This document shows, one piece after another, positions 1-10,165 of a stretch of DNA of 64,000 bases. How positions within the stretch are numbered: position 1 is the first letter of the stretch; the number at the start of each line of letters is the position of its first letter. Under the pieces are notes generated by a model. The model was not told where the DNA came from. It searched no databases and was given only the letters and a program-made list of their open reading frames with translations. Position numbers and translations under genes: made by a program. Location of the stretch: assembly GCA_964477895.1 (NCBI GenBank), contig CAYZFQ010000001.1, positions 343,750 through 407,749 of the forward strand, in the 5' to 3' direction. Source of the DNA: an uncultured Bacteriovoracaceae bacterium. Its GTDB lineage: Bacteria > Bdellovibrionota > UBA2428.

Positions 1-177
1 TAGGGGGTCTTCAGATTTTGGCCGAGAGGACGCCGCCTTTTTCGGTTTTGATCCGCAGGACCAAAGAGTCCCAAGAAGACTCAAGCTCAAGATTAAATAG
101 AAGTTTTTTCCCTGCACCACTCCATTAAATCCCAAAATCGCCTAGGAGCCTACATTGCAACGTGTTACTATACATAT

Positions 178-420
178 ATGGCGAGGAAGAAGGTTTCCAC
201 CACGGTATACCTCACCGAAGAACAAGTGGTGGCCCTCAAAGAACTACACAATCGAACCCGCGTACCCATCGCAGAATATATTCGCTTGGGCATTGATTTG
301 ATTTTGGATCGTTATGCCGAGAATTTGCCGGGGCAGGTTTCTTTGTTTGATGGAGTGGCTAAGGATCAGCTGGGGTATCGCAAGAAGGCGCCTGGGGATG
401 AGGGACCTGATTTGGTGTGA
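178..420 (+). CDS. ribbon-helix-helix (CopG/ParG/Arc-like) DNA-binding protein, 80 aa
   Basis: The N-terminus TTVYLTEEQVVALKELHNRTRVPIAEYIRLGIDLIL fits a beta-strand plus two helices as in RHH repressors/antitoxins. No SD; ATG sits directly after TATACATAT (possibly leaderless). No partner toxin gene on the same strand. Confidence 0.4.
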   Translation: MARKKVSTTVYLTEEQVVALKELHNRTRVPIAEYIRLGIDLILDRYAENLPGQVSLFDGVAKDQLGYRKKAPGDEGPDLV

Positions 421-483
421 GGGTCCTCACGAACGAGGCGAAGCTTTCTATGCTTCTTTTGTTACGGGGTTATCCGTCCAGAT

Positions 484-624
484 TTAAGACCGGTTCTTGC
501 GTGAACTCCGTCGTCTTTTCCATGACTTATAAATACGGCTCAACTTCTCGATCAATGTGACGATAAGAACCATGCAGTACAGCATGGCTCCAACAAGACG
601 CAGGATATTGTTAGTATCTTGCAT
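484..624 (-). CDS. small membrane peptide A, 46 aa (MQDTNNILRLVGAMLYCMVLIVTLIEKLSRIYKSWKRRRSSRKNRS); type-I-toxin-like or small regulatory membrane peptide
   Basis: ATG at 624 is preceded by a perfect SD AAGGAGG with a 5-nt spacer. A hydrophobic helix is followed by a polybasic tail. Paralog of the 905..1024 peptide, with the same N-terminus and identical SD/spacer geometry. Confidence 0.45.
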   Translation of the reverse strand: MQDTNNILRLVGAMLYCMVLIVTLIEKLSRIYKSWKRRRSSRKNRS

Positions 625-833
625 AGTGGCCTCCTTTTGAGAGGACCATCCTTGGGCCGACCTCGTTCCGTGAGGACTAGGTTGGCCCAAGCAATTTTAG
701 TGCCTAGATTATTCTGCGCAGAGTTCGAAACATAATTAGGATTGGTGTTGAGGCGCGTTTGAGTCGTATTGATTAATAGAACCTCAGCACTTTGGAATAT
801 TATCAGCGTAAAAAACTTGGCATGAATAATGTA

Positions 834-872
834 GGGTCCGACCTCAACCCTCAACGGATTGAGGTCGGACCC
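834..872. repeat. perfect palindrome/hairpin: 14-bp stem GGGTCCGACCTCAA / TTGAGGTCGGACCC with 11-nt loop; contains tandem CCTCAAC heptads
   Basis: Read directly from the sequence. It lies about 30 nt upstream of the SD of peptide B. The 5' arm (GACCTC) could alternatively pair with the SD region (GGAGGTCC). The motif recurs at 13514..13542. Confidence 0.7.
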
Positions 873-904
873 ACGGATGGACAATCCTAAAGAAGGAGGT
901 CCAT

Positions 905-1024
905 ATGCAAGATACTAACACTATCCTGCAACTGATCCGAGAGCTAGTGAACATACTGGTTCTCCTATCGGCACTTGCCGATAGAGTCTTGAGCCGAAAA
1001 AAGAAGAAAAGGAAGAAATCTTAA
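905..1024 (+). CDS. small membrane peptide B, 39 aa (MQDTNTILQLIRELVNILVLLSALADRVLSRKKKKRKKS)
   Basis: Below the 60-aa ORF-track cutoff. Found by hand: AAGGAGG-tccat-ATG at 893-907. Hydrophobic core plus KKKKRKK tail. Paralog of peptide A, divergently oriented. Confidence 0.45.
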   Translation: MQDTNTILQLIRELVNILVLLSALADRVLSRKKKKRKKS

Positions 1025-1183
1025 ACAGACCTCAAGGATGAGCCTTTCTAGTGGAAAAACTTAACTTTTAACAAATGACGCAGGAATAGCGTCGCCCAAT
1101 CCGTTGGGGGCCTTTGATGGGCCATGGCCTTCTGTGCTGAAAATCCTAGATTTAAATCTCAGATTCTATGGACAAAGCTAGGT

Positions 1184-1528
1184 TCAAGTCATCCACTGAT
1201 GCGCGGAGAATTTCACAATGACGAAGATGTATACGATCCAAATTATCCAGGAAATGAAAAGGTATCGTCCAATGGCAACCAAATGCTGAACAGAGGAAAG
1301 CCTATGGCTCCTAGGCAGATAAAAGAAAACGGCCAGTGAAAGCACCAAATATGCCAATAAATTTAGCCCCGAAGCTAAAGAAAGAAGAACGGTTGAAAGG
1401 GCTAACAAGAAAATTTCAAGATAAAGCCTTCGGGGGGAGCGCCGTTTTACAAGAAAAAATAGAATCAAAGCCGCGAAGCCAAGTAGGCCCGGCAACAACA
1501 GAGTTGGATTCTTGTTTAGAAGCTCCAC
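1184..1528 (-). CDS. possible small integral membrane protein (114 aa, GTG start), uncertain
   Basis: Hydrophobic multi-TM-like ORF in an AT-rich (about 40% GC) stretch. No SD. Overlapping plus-strand ORFs at 1124..1339 and 1336..1569 are alternatives, so the coding strand is unresolved. Confidence 0.2.
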   Translation of the reverse strand: MELLNKNPTLLLPGLLGFAALILFFLVKRRSPRRLYLEIFLLALSTVLLSLASGLNLLAYLVLSLAVFFYLPRSHRLSSVQHLVAIGRYLFISWIIWIVYIFVIVKFSAHQWMT

Positions 1529-1676
1529 TATTTTATTGTATCCGGTTTTTTGGAAAATTTAATTTATAAATATCCAACGACTAAAACGCTCAACTTGCAT
1601 CGATAGCTCCGAGATTTTCCGAACATGCCAATTCACTTCCTTTTTTAACAACCCTAGCCTCCAAATCCCCCCCCCC

Positions 1677-1686
1677 ACGTCCCCTC
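1677..1686. repeat. homopolymeric C10 tract in a C-rich leader about 50 nt upstream of lepA
   Basis: Counted directly: positions 1677-1686 are all C, followed by CACGTCCCCTCCCCACCACC. Confidence 0.9.
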
Positions 1687-1734
1687 CCCACCACCTTCGA
1701 CGCCATCCCCGATCTCGTGTAAGAAAAGCTCTCC

Positions 1735-3591
1735 ATGCCAAGCACACCCGTAAACCGTATCCGCAATTTCTCGATCATCGCTCACATTGACCATGGCAAA
1801 TCTACTCTGGCCGACCGACTTATTGAATTCTGCGGGGGCCTCACCAAACGCGAAATGCAGTCCCAAGTCTTGGATTCCTTAGAGATCGAGCGCGAGCGTG
1901 GCATCACTATCAAGGCCCAAACGGTGCGCCTTAAGTACAAGGCCAAAGACGGCATCGAGTATATTTTAAACCTTATCGATACCCCCGGGCATGTGGACTT
2001 CACCTACGAGGTTTCGCGCTCACTTGCCGCCTGTGAAGGTGCCGTGCTGGTGGTGGACGCTTCTCAAGGCGTTGAGGCCCAAACTCTAGCTAACGTGTAC
2101 ATGGCCTTGGATGCCAATCTTTCCATCGTGCCTGTGATCAACAAAATCGACTTACCTTCAGCCGATATCGAGGCGGCTCGGGCGCAAATTGAAGATGTGA
2201 TTGGTATCGATGCTAGTGAGGCCATTCCTTGCTCGGCTAAAGAGGGAATCGGCATCCAGGAAATTTTAGAAGATATCGTTCGTAAGGTTCCCCCGCCTAA
2301 AGAAATTCTCAATGAGCCTCTGCGCGCACTCGTGATGGACAGCTGGTACGACAACTACCAAGGTGTTGTTTTGCTCGTGCGCATTATGGGAGGGATTCTA
2401 CGCAAGGGCGAACGCGTTCAGCTTATGTATATGAATGCGCAGATTCCCGACGATGAAACAAAAAAACAATATCTCGTCACTCGAGTGGGTTACTTCACTC
2501 CCAAGGCTACCGACATAGAAGAAGCCGGCCCGGGCGAGGTGGTCTTTGTGGTTTCGGGAATTAAGTCGGTGCGTGAAACCCGCATTGGTGACACCCTCAC
2601 TCATTGGCATCAGCAAAGTTCCGATAAAACTTTTGAAGTGGCCAAAGAGCCCCTGCCTGGATTTAAAGAAGTGAGATCAGTCGTTTTTTCAGGAGTCTTT
2701 CCCACGGATTCTAAAGATTTTGAAAACCTCAAAGAAGCTTTGGAGAAGTTGGTTCTCAATGACTCGGCCCTCACTTTTGAGCCCGAGTCCTCGGCGGCCC
2801 TAGGATTTGGCTTTCGCTGTGGTTACCTAGGACTTTTGCATATGGAAATAGTACAGGAGCGCCTCGAGCGAGAGTATGGCTTGGCGCTGATCTCCACCGC
2901 CCCTAGTGTGAAATATAAAATTCGTAAAACCAATGGCGAAGAGATTGAGATCGAAAATCCTTCTAAGATGCCAGCGCCTACTCTGATTGAAAAAATCGAA
3001 GAGCCTATGATTATGGGCACAATCCATACTCCCGCGGAATATGTGGGTGCGGTAATTACTCTCTGTGAAAAGCGTCGAGGAATCCAAGAGCGCATCGACT
3101 ATATTACTTCTGATCGCTGCGCCGTGATTTACCGTATGCCCTTGGGCGAAATGGTATTTGATTTTTATGATCGTTTGAAATCTCTCACCAAAGGTTATGC
3201 AAGTTTTGAGTACGAACTCGCCAGTATGCAGGAAAGCGACCTGGTGAAGCTTGATATTATGATCAACGGCGAGAATGTAGACGCTCTTTCGCTGATAGTG
3301 CACCGGTCGAAATCCTACGAACGGGGTCGCGATCTCACCGCCAAAATGAAGGAAGTCATTCCTCGGCAGCAATTTGAAATAGCCATTCAGGCCGCTGTGG
3401 GTGCCAAGATCATTGCCCGGGAAAGTTTGGGCGCTTTGCGTAAGAACGTCTTGGCCAAGTGCTATGGGGGCGATATCTCGCGCAAGCGAAAGCTCTTAGA
3501 AAAGCAAAAAGAGGGGAAGAAGCGCATGAAGAACATTGGCGTGGTGGAAGTTCCTCAGGAAGCTTTTCTTGCCGTCCTTAAAGTAGAGTGA
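1735..3591 (+). CDS. lepA: elongation factor 4 (LepA), 618 aa
   Basis: N-terminal G-domain [24 protein letters not shown] and NKIDL motifs. Length and C-terminal LepA domain are typical. Confidence 0.95.
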   Translation: MPSTPVNRIRNFSIIAHIDHGKSTLADRLIEFCGGLTKREMQSQVLDSLEIERERGITIKAQTVRLKYKAKDGIEYILNLIDTPGHVDFTYEVSRSLAACEGAVLVVDASQGVEAQTLANVYMALDANLSIVPVINKIDLPSADIEAARAQIEDVIGIDASEAIPCSAKEGIGIQEILEDIVRKVPPPKEILNEPLRALVMDSWYDNYQGVVLLVRIMGGILRKGERVQLMYMNAQIPDDETKKQYLVTRVGYFTPKATDIEEAGPGEVVFVVSGIKSVRETRIGDTLTHWHQQSSDKTFEVAKEPLPGFKEVRSVVFSGVFPTDSKDFENLKEALEKLVLNDSALTFEPESSAALGFGFRCGYLGLLHMEIVQERLEREYGLALISTAPSVKYKIRKTNGEEIEIENPSKMPAPTLIEKIEEPMIMGTIHTPAEYVGAVITLCEKRRGIQERIDYITSDRCAVIYRMPLGEMVFDFYDRLKSLTKGYASFEYELASMQESDLVKLDIMINGENVDALSLIVHRSKSYERGRDLTAKMKEVIPRQQFEIAIQAAVGAKIIARESLGALRKNVLAKCYGGDISRKRKLLEKQKEGKKRMKNIGVVEVPQEAFLAVLKVE

Positions 3592-3607
3592 TACGGTCCC
3601 ATTTTTA

Positions 3608-4504
3608 GTGAAAGCCATCCGACATTTGATTTCGATCTCGGATCTCAGCGATGAGCAAATCCAGGGCCTTGTATTTCAAAGTCTCCACAATCCCCCTCAC
3701 GCCCAGGCCCTCGACCCTCTGAAAAAGGCCGTTGGTCTTATTTTTTTAGAACCCTCTACTCGCACTCGAGTTAGCTTTGAACGAGCCGGTCAGAACAATG
3801 GCCACCATACGATCTTGATGGATTCTAAGGGTACTTCCGTTGAGAAGGGCGAAAGCTTGGCCGACACACTTCGTACCGTTGCGGCCTACGGGGTAGGGAT
3901 ATTTGTAATACGCACTCCTTTTACTGGTTCGTTGAATTCCCTTACCCACCTTGGCCTCGGCCCTGTGCTTAATGCCGGAGATGGAGTGGGTGAACATCCT
4001 ACCCAAGCTCTTCTAGACTTGGTGACGCTTGTTAAGACCTTTGGGGGCGGTAAATTGGAAAAAGTGAAGGGTCTACGCCTAGGCATCATGGGGGACCTCA
4101 AGCGGTCTCGAGTGGCTCGATCTTGGTCGCTTCTGGGACCCCGCGTTGGGATCGAGCTTTCTTTTGTAAGTCCTAACGACTGGAAGCCTACGGACTGGAC
4201 TCAGAAATATGAGTGGAGTGCCGATAAACGGGAGCTCCAGTCGGTGGATGTGGTCATGGCCCTACGCGTGCAAAAAGAGCGCATGGTAACACTCGATCCT
4301 GAGGAGTCGAAAAAGTTTGCATTGGACTTTCAAATTCACTCCGCCGACCTTAAAGAGAAGCAACGACTTATGCATCCCGGTCCGGTCAACTGGGGAGTGG
4401 AAATTCATGAAGATTGGATTTCCGATCCTCGGTCCTTAATTGGCGAACAGTTGCGAAGCGGGATGCTATTGCGATCAACTCTTTTAGAGAATTTAGATGT
4501 ATAA
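3608..4504 (+). CDS. pyrB: aspartate carbamoyltransferase catalytic subunit, 298 aa
   Basis: STRTR carbamoyl-phosphate binding motif and HPTQ motif. Typical ATCase length. Overlaps carA start by 8 nt. Confidence 0.9.
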   Translation: MKAIRHLISISDLSDEQIQGLVFQSLHNPPHAQALDPLKKAVGLIFLEPSTRTRVSFERAGQNNGHHTILMDSKGTSVEKGESLADTLRTVAAYGVGIFVIRTPFTGSLNSLTHLGLGPVLNAGDGVGEHPTQALLDLVTLVKTFGGGKLEKVKGLRLGIMGDLKRSRVARSWSLLGPRVGIELSFVSPNDWKPTDWTQKYEWSADKRELQSVDVVMALRVQKERMVTLDPEESKKFALDFQIHSADLKEKQRLMHPGPVNWGVEIHEDWISDPRSLIGEQLRSGMLLRSTLLENLDV

Positions 4505-5690
4505 AAAAACGGACTTTTCCAAAGCCTCTCAACTCGTTGCTCATGACGTAACATTTTATTTAGAAAAAGGCGCTTGTTTTGAGGGACGGGCCTACGGCGA
4601 TTTTTCTCAGCCTCGATCCGGAGAATTTGTTTTTTGTACGGCGATGAGTGGAATTGAAGAGTCTCTCACCGATCCTAGCTTTGCTCGGCAAATTTTGGTG
4701 AGCACGGTGGCCCATGTGGGCAATACTGGGTACACCGCTGAAGACGCTGAGAGCGAAAAAATTTGGGCAGAGGGGCTCATTTGCCGGCGTGTGGAAAGCC
4801 AACCTTCCAATTGGCGCGCCAAAAGTTCTATCCCAGAGTGGATGGTGGCCGAAGGACGCTTTGTAGTAGAGGGGGTCGATACACGGGCGCTGACCACGAT
4901 TTTACGTGAAGAAGGTAGTCAGCGCGGTGTGGTTTTTTTGCGCGGAAAGATGACGGCAGCCGAGGCTCTCGATTTCATAAAAAATAAGGTGCCCGAGATG
5001 AAGGGCCAAGATCTCACCGGGCTTGTGACTTGTGCGCATGAGTATTCTTTTGATGAGAGTAAGAATCCCTATGGTTACTGGCCCATGCTGGCCGAACTTC
5101 CAAAAAAACAGGTCGAAAAACGCGGGCGTATTGCGGTGTGGGATTTTGGAGTGAAGCGCAACACCTTGCGGATTCTCAATTCCCTGGGAGCTCCCGTTCA
5201 AGTCATGCCCGCCACGGCTAAAGCCGAAGAACTTCTGGCGGCAGCTGAAAGTGGAATTTTTCTCAGCAATGGACCCGGAGACCCTGCAGCCGCGACTCAC
5301 ATCATCCAAGAACTCAAAAAGGTGATTGGCAAAAAGCCTCTATTTGCCATCTGCCTGGGCCATCAGCTGGTGGCTCATGCTGTGGGTGCTAAAACTTTTA
5401 AAATGAAATTTGGCCATCGTGGAATTCACCATCCCGTGGTGCAGAAAGACTCCAGTGGGCGTAGTCTGCGAACTTGGATCACGAGTCAAAATCACGGCTT
5501 TGCCGTCGACCGAGAATCTCTTCCCGTCTCGGTGCATGTGTCCTTTGAGCATGGCGACGATGAAACTGTTGAGGGTTTGAGTTTGCCGAACTTGCGCGCT
5601 GAAACCGTGCAATTTCATCCGGAGGCTGGACCCGGACCTACCGACTCTTGTGTTCTTATTCGGGATTTTGTGTTGGAGGGAATGAAATGA
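4497..5690 (+). CDS. carA: carbamoyl-phosphate synthase small (glutamine amidotransferase) subunit
   Basis: Class-I GATase catalytic Cys motif AICLGHQL and the N-terminal CPSase small-chain domain. Exact start is uncertain (ATG 4497 overlaps the pyrB stop). Confidence 0.88.
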   Translation: MYKKTDFSKASQLVAHDVTFYLEKGACFEGRAYGDFSQPRSGEFVFCTAMSGIEESLTDPSFARQILVSTVAHVGNTGYTAEDAESEKIWAEGLICRRVESQPSNWRAKSSIPEWMVAEGRFVVEGVDTRALTTILREEGSQRGVVFLRGKMTAAEALDFIKNKVPEMKGQDLTGLVTCAHEYSFDESKNPYGYWPMLAELPKKQVEKRGRIAVWDFGVKRNTLRILNSLGAPVQVMPATAKAEELLAAAESGIFLSNGPGDPAAATHIIQELKKVIGKKPLFAICLGHQLVAHAVGAKTFKMKFGHRGIHHPVVQKDSSGRSLRTWITSQNHGFAVDRESLPVSVHVSFEHGDDETVEGLSLPNLRAETVQFHPEAGPGPTDSCVLIRDFVLEGMK

Positions 5691-6328
5691 TTCAGTTGCG
5701 GGGCTATCTCGACCGGGTGCTCGAAGCCTATTCTAAGGGCGCTTATTACGAAGAAGTAAAATTCGCCAAAGAAGAGTTTTTTGAGAGGGCTGGACGTGTG
5801 GCCGAGGGCTCGGAAGTTTTCGAGACTCAAATGCGTGCTTTCTTGGACTGGTATATTTTTGATCGTCCTTTGAAAATTCACGACGTTGCGCCAGTGAAAA
5901 TGTTTGTGCTGGAGCATGTCGATACTTTAACCGAAGAAGATCAGCAGATTTATATTGCTCTGGCCAAATCAGTACATTCTCTTTTTGAGCTTACCAAAGT
6001 GAAGGGGTCCGACATTTACATCAAAGATCTCTTTGATGGAGTCAAATATGTGGTGCGAGAGTCTGAGGTTAACACTGGCTTCAGCAAAAAAGATCTTTTC
6101 GAAGCCCGACTTATTGAAATTGGCGACCGGCTTTATTTTGGAAACTCTTTTATTTTTCATCCCGGCGAAACCCGACCCTTCGTGTTGAAGCAAGTCAAAT
6201 CCACGCGTTATCTGGAGAGCAAGGAAAAGCTTAAGCTTTTGCATAAGCTGGCTAGTATGAAACTTAAAACCGACCAGTATTCACACATTGATGTGAAGCA
6301 TATCTATACGGAGAAACCGCTTTTTTAA
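5687..6328 (+). CDS. conserved hypothetical protein (213 aa) embedded between carA and carB
   Basis: ATG at 5687 overlaps the carA TGA (ATGA). Its TAA overlaps the carB ATG (TAATG), so it is translationally coupled on both sides. No recognisable domain. Confidence 0.6.
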   Translation: MIQLRGYLDRVLEAYSKGAYYEEVKFAKEEFFERAGRVAEGSEVFETQMRAFLDWYIFDRPLKIHDVAPVKMFVLEHVDTLTEEDQQIYIALAKSVHSLFELTKVKGSDIYIKDLFDGVKYVVRESEVNTGFSKKDLFEARLIEIGDRLYFGNSFIFHPGETRPFVLKQVKSTRYLESKEKLKLLHKLASMKLKTDQYSHIDVKHIYTEKPLF

Positions 6329-9300
6329 TGGGAACCGTAGAGCTGAAAACCATTAAGAATGTTTTGATTCTGGGTTCGGGCCCCATCACTATTGGGCAGG
6401 CCTGTGAGTTTGATTACTCTGGCACTCAGGCCTGCAAAGCTCTCAAGGAAGAGGGTTTGCGGGTAGTACTTCTCAATTCCAATCCGGCCACCATTATGAC
6501 CGATCCGAATGTTGCGGATCGCACTTATATTGAACCGCTGGATCCCATGACCGTGATCGAGATCATTCGTAAGGAAGCTATTGACGCTATTTTGCCTACG
6601 ATGGGTGGGCAAACGGGTTTGAATTTAATTCTGGCTCTTTCAAAGATCCCTCGAGCCTTGGAGTCGGTCAGAATTTTAGGCGCCAACCTGAAAGCCATTC
6701 ACTTAGCCGAAGATCGCAGGGCCTTTAGGGAAGTGGTGACAGCTCTGGGAATGGACACTCCTAAGTCGGCCGTCATTCGTACTATTGAAGAATGCCAAGA
6801 ATTCGCCAAAGACACGGGGTTTCCCTTTATCCTGCGACCTAGCTTTACCTTGGGTGGCACCGGCCAAAGTTTTGTTTTTTCCAGCAGCGAGTTAATTGAG
6901 AAAACTCGCACGGCTCTTATGGAGTCTCCTATTGGGGAGGCCCTAGTGGAAGAAAGTGTTTTGGGTTGGAAAGAATACGAACTCGAAGTGATGCGCGATC
7001 GCCAAGACAACGCCATCATTGTTTGTTCGATTGAAAATTTAGATCCGATGGGTATTCACACGGGTGATTCCATTACGGTGGCTCCCGCTCAAACTCTTAC
7101 AGATCGTGAATACCAATCAATGCGCACGGATTCTTTGCGTCTGATTCGACGCGTGGGAGTGGAGACCGGCGGATGTAACGTCCAGTTTGCGGTTGATCCC
7201 AAAACGGGTCGACGCATTGTCATTGAAATGAATCCACGAGTCTCGAGGTCTTCAGCCCTCGCATCAAAAGCCACGGGTTTTCCTATCGCCTACGTCGCCA
7301 CTAAACTGGCTCTGGGATATACGCTGCCAGAAATTCAAAACACAATTACGAATACTACCAAAGCTTGCTTTGAACCTCCCATCGACTATGTGGCGCTAAA
7401 GATCCCGCGCTTTCACTTTGAAAAGTTTCCGGGAGCGAAAGACGAACTTCTCCCTCAGATGCAAAGTGTGGGAGAGGTTTTGGCTTTTGGGGGAAGCTTT
7501 GGTGAAGCTTTTCACAAGGCTCTAAATAGTTTGGAAAGAAAGTGGCCGATCTTTGATCCTGTGGACTCCAAGAATCCTGTAGAAGCATGGGAGCAAGAGG
7601 CGGATGCACTCTTAGTGAAATCTCACTCACGTCGAGGTTTCGCGATTTGGGATGCCTTGGCCTGCGGATTTGAGCCTGATCTTCTCGCTAAGATCATGTG
7701 CTTTGATCCTTGGTTCACTCGGGAGTTGCGCCGCTACCAAAAAATGACGGGCTTAGGTCCTCGCGCCACAAATTTCCCAAAGAGTCCGGTGCGTTTTGAA
7801 ATGATCGATACCTGTTCGGCTGAAACACGCGCTCAAACTCCCTTTTATTATTCCACGCGCGAGCCCTTGGGTCGCCCGGCAGACTTTATGGAAAAGTATG
7901 GAGCTTCTATTCTGAGCCCTGACTTTGAGAAAAAGCGCGGCCGGGTAGTCATTTTAGGCTCAGGGCCCAACCGCATCGGCCAGGGTGTAGAGTTTGATTA
8001 CTGCTGTGTTCATGCTTCTCTCGCTTTGCAACGAATGGGTTTTGAAACCATCATGGTAAATTGCAATCCTGAAACGGTAAGCACCGACCCGACGACCTCT
8101 ACTCGCCTTTATCTTGAGCCTTTGGCGGATGATTCTGTAAAAGCGGTGCTGGAAAAAGAATTAGATCCCTGTGTGAAGGCCGGCAAAGAAGCCTATGTGC
8201 TGGTGCAAACGGGGGGACAAACCCCACTTAAGCTTGCCGCGAATATCGAAGCTTGGGGATATAAAATTTTAGGAACAAGCAAGGCGGCGATAGATTTGTG
8301 CGAAGATCGCTCACTCTTTGCCAAGCTTTTGACCGAGCTAGATGTGGCTTATCCAGACTTTGCCGAAACCTCTACCTTTGATGAAAGTCTCACAGCTGCA
8401 CGTCGATTGGGTTATCCCATCCTCGTGCGCCCCTCTTATGTGCTGGGTGGGCGCGGCATGAAGATTTGTGGTTCCGATAAAGACTTGGCCAATGCCTTCA
8501 CCGAAGCCAAAGAAGTAAGTGAAGAGTATCCGCTCTACCTAGATAAGTTTTTAGTCAGTGCCATTGAGTTTGATGTAGATGGAATTTGTGATGGCACGAA
8601 TGCCTGGGTGGCGGGCATTATGGAACACGTCGAAGAAGCGGGCATTCATAGTGGTGATTCTTCGTGTGTCATTCCACCTTTTCGAGCCACTCCAGCTACG
8701 GTTCAAGAGATGGGCAAACTTGCGATTCGCATAGCCTTGGCTTCTAAGGCCAAAGGTTTGTTTAATATCCAAATGGCTGTAGTGAATGAGCGCATTTATG
8801 TTTTGGAAGCCAATCCCCGGGCTTCGCGTACGGTGCCCTTTTTAGCCAAAGCTACGGGATATCCCATCATTGAATGGGGTTTGCGCGCCGCTTTGGGTGA
8901 GCCGCTAAAAGACTATTTAAAATTAGCGCCCCGCTCGGAAGAATATCTTTTGCCCAGTGGGGGCTATGCCGTGAAGAGTCCGGTCTTTCCTTTTTCTAAA
9001 TTTAAAAATGTCGATCCGGTCTTGGGACCCGAAATGCGCTCCACTGGGGAAGTCATGGGAATGGATGCCTCTCCCGGAGCTGCTTTTGCCAAGGCTTTTA
9101 TGGCTGCTGGGGTAAGTTTGCCTACCAGTGGTGCGATTTTATTTAGTGTGAACGACACGGAGAAAAATCGTGCCCTCCAAACAGCGCGCAATCTGCAGCT
9201 GATGGGCTTTAAAATCATAGGCACTCCGGGGACGGCTAAGTTTTTCAGTCGTGCTGGGGTGAAGACGGAATCCATTGCTAAGATTGGCCAGGCACCTTTA

Positions 9301-9543
9301 GGTGAAGATTTGCTAGCCCTCCTTAAAGACTCCCATGTACAACTTGTAGTGAACACGACCGGCACTTTAGATTCTTACCGGGACGGACTTACTATCCGCC
9401 AGGCGGCCCTGCGCTACCGGGTCCCCTTACTTTCTACACTCTCAGCGGCGGAAATGGCCGCAATGGCCATTCAGACACTAACTCAAAGTGGGGTACGTAC
9501 TGTTTGCCTGCAGGATTTTACGCTTGGATCGTATACGACCTAG
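6328..9543 (+). CDS. carB: carbamoyl-phosphate synthase large subunit, 1071 aa
   Basis: Two ATP-grasp halves, oligomerisation domain and C-terminal MGS-like domain. Typical length. Confidence 0.95.
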   Translation: MGTVELKTIKNVLILGSGPITIGQACEFDYSGTQACKALKEEGLRVVLLNSNPATIMTDPNVADRTYIEPLDPMTVIEIIRKEAIDAILPTMGGQTGLNLILALSKIPRALESVRILGANLKAIHLAEDRRAFREVVTALGMDTPKSAVIRTIEECQEFAKDTGFPFILRPSFTLGGTGQSFVFSSSELIEKTRTALMESPIGEALVEESVLGWKEYELEVMRDRQDNAIIVCSIENLDPMGIHTGDSITVAPAQTLTDREYQSMRTDSLRLIRRVGVETGGCNVQFAVDPKTGRRIVIEMNPRVSRSSALASKATGFPIAYVATKLALGYTLPEIQNTITNTTKACFEPPIDYVALKIPRFHFEKFPGAKDELLPQMQSVGEVLAFGGSFGEAFHKALNSLERKWPIFDPVDSKNPVEAWEQEADALLVKSHSRRGFAIWDALACGFEPDLLAKIMCFDPWFTRELRRYQKMTGLGPRATNFPKSPVRFEMIDTCSAETRAQTPFYYSTREPLGRPADFMEKYGASILSPDFEKKRGRVVILGSGPNRIGQGVEFDYCCVHASLALQRMGFETIMVNCNPETVSTDPTTSTRLYLEPLADDSVKAVLEKELDPCVKAGKEAYVLVQTGGQTPLKLAANIEAWGYKILGTSKAAIDLCEDRSLFAKLLTELDVAYPDFAETSTFDESLTAARRLGYPILVRPSYVLGGRGMKICGSDKDLANAFTEAKEVSEEYPLYLDKFLVSAIEFDVDGICDGTNAWVAGIMEHVEEAGIHSGDSSCVIPPFRATPATVQEMGKLAIRIALASKAKGLFNIQMAVVNERIYVLEANPRASRTVPFLAKATGYPIIEWGLRAALGEPLKDYLKLAPRSEEYLLPSGGYAVKSPVFPFSKFKNVDPVLGPEMRSTGEVMGMDASPGAAFAKAFMAAGVSLPTSGAILFSVNDTEKNRALQTARNLQLMGFKIIGTPGTAKFFSRAGVKTESIAKIGQAPLGEDLLALLKDSHVQLVVNTTGTLDSYRDGLTIRQAALRYRVPLLSTLSAAEMAAMAIQTLTQSGVRTVCLQDFTLGSYTT

Positions 9544-9681
9544 AAAAGGCGTCAGTGAACTTTTTTCAGACGTCACCCACCTTAGATAATGTCTTCCGCG
9601 TCCGAGGAAACGATTGACCTTGCCCCGTATCAAGGCGCCGTTTGACGACAGCGGCGCTATCTGGCACTTTTACACCTCGAA

Positions 9682-10155
9682 ATGTCTGACAAGCTCCCCC
9701 TTACCGTTGAAGGTAAATTAGCTTTAGAAGAGGAATTAAAACGCCTCAAGCATGTCGATCGCCCTGCGGTGATTGAGCAAATTGCTATTGCTCGGGCACA
9801 TGGTGATCTGTCAGAAAATGCGGAATATTCCGCCGCCCGTGAAAAGCAAAGTTTTATTGAAGGTCGTATCTTAGATATCGGCGATAAATTAGCGCGTGCC
9901 GAAGTCATCGACGTGAGAAATATCCAGTCTGATAAAATCGTCTTTGGTGCTCACGTGGTAGCCCAAGATCCCGATGGCAAAGAAATTTCCGTGCAAATTG
10001 TGGGCGAGCCCGAAGCTGACTTAGCTCGCGGCAAGCTTTCCGTTTCAGCACCCCTGGCCCGCGCTTTGTTAGGCAAAGTTGAAGGTGACGAAGCCATTGT
10101 TAAAAGTCCTAAAGGCGACATCGCCTACGACATTATCAAAGTCGAATACAAATAG
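9682..10155 (+). CDS. greA: transcription elongation factor GreA, 157 aa
   Basis: N-terminal coiled-coil (LTVEGKLALEEELKRLK...) plus C-terminal FKBP-like domain. Typical length. Confidence 0.9.
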   Translation: MSDKLPLTVEGKLALEEELKRLKHVDRPAVIEQIAIARAHGDLSENAEYSAAREKQSFIEGRILDIGDKLARAEVIDVRNIQSDKIVFGAHVVAQDPDGKEISVQIVGEPEADLARGKLSVSAPLARALLGKVEGDEAIVKSPKGDIAYDIIKVEYK

Positions 10156-10165
10156 GATTTTACTC

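Noticed and set aside
700-760. tRNA-like T-arm sequence GAGTTCGAAAC
   Set aside because: No acceptor stem, D-arm or anticodon arm can be formed from the surrounding sequence.
2827-3372. 181-aa antisense ORF inside lepA (and similar antisense ORFs inside carB, recG, tadB, the large secreted-protein genes, e.g. 42903..43337, 46015..46458, 50298..50669)
   Set aside because: They lie fully within well-supported conserved genes on the opposite strand and have no SD or recognisable motifs, so they are typical spurious reading frames.
9590-9690. Hairpin GCGCCG-N10-CGGCGC and sigma-54-like TGGCAC upstream of greA
   Set aside because: The hairpin lacks a following U-run. TGGCAC is not followed by TTGC at the correct spacing. 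Signals are too weak to call.
10079-10165. Upstream extension of recG overlapping greA
   Set aside because: RecG homology begins at the internal ATG 10166 immediately after the greA stop. The extension would overlap greA by 77 nt.
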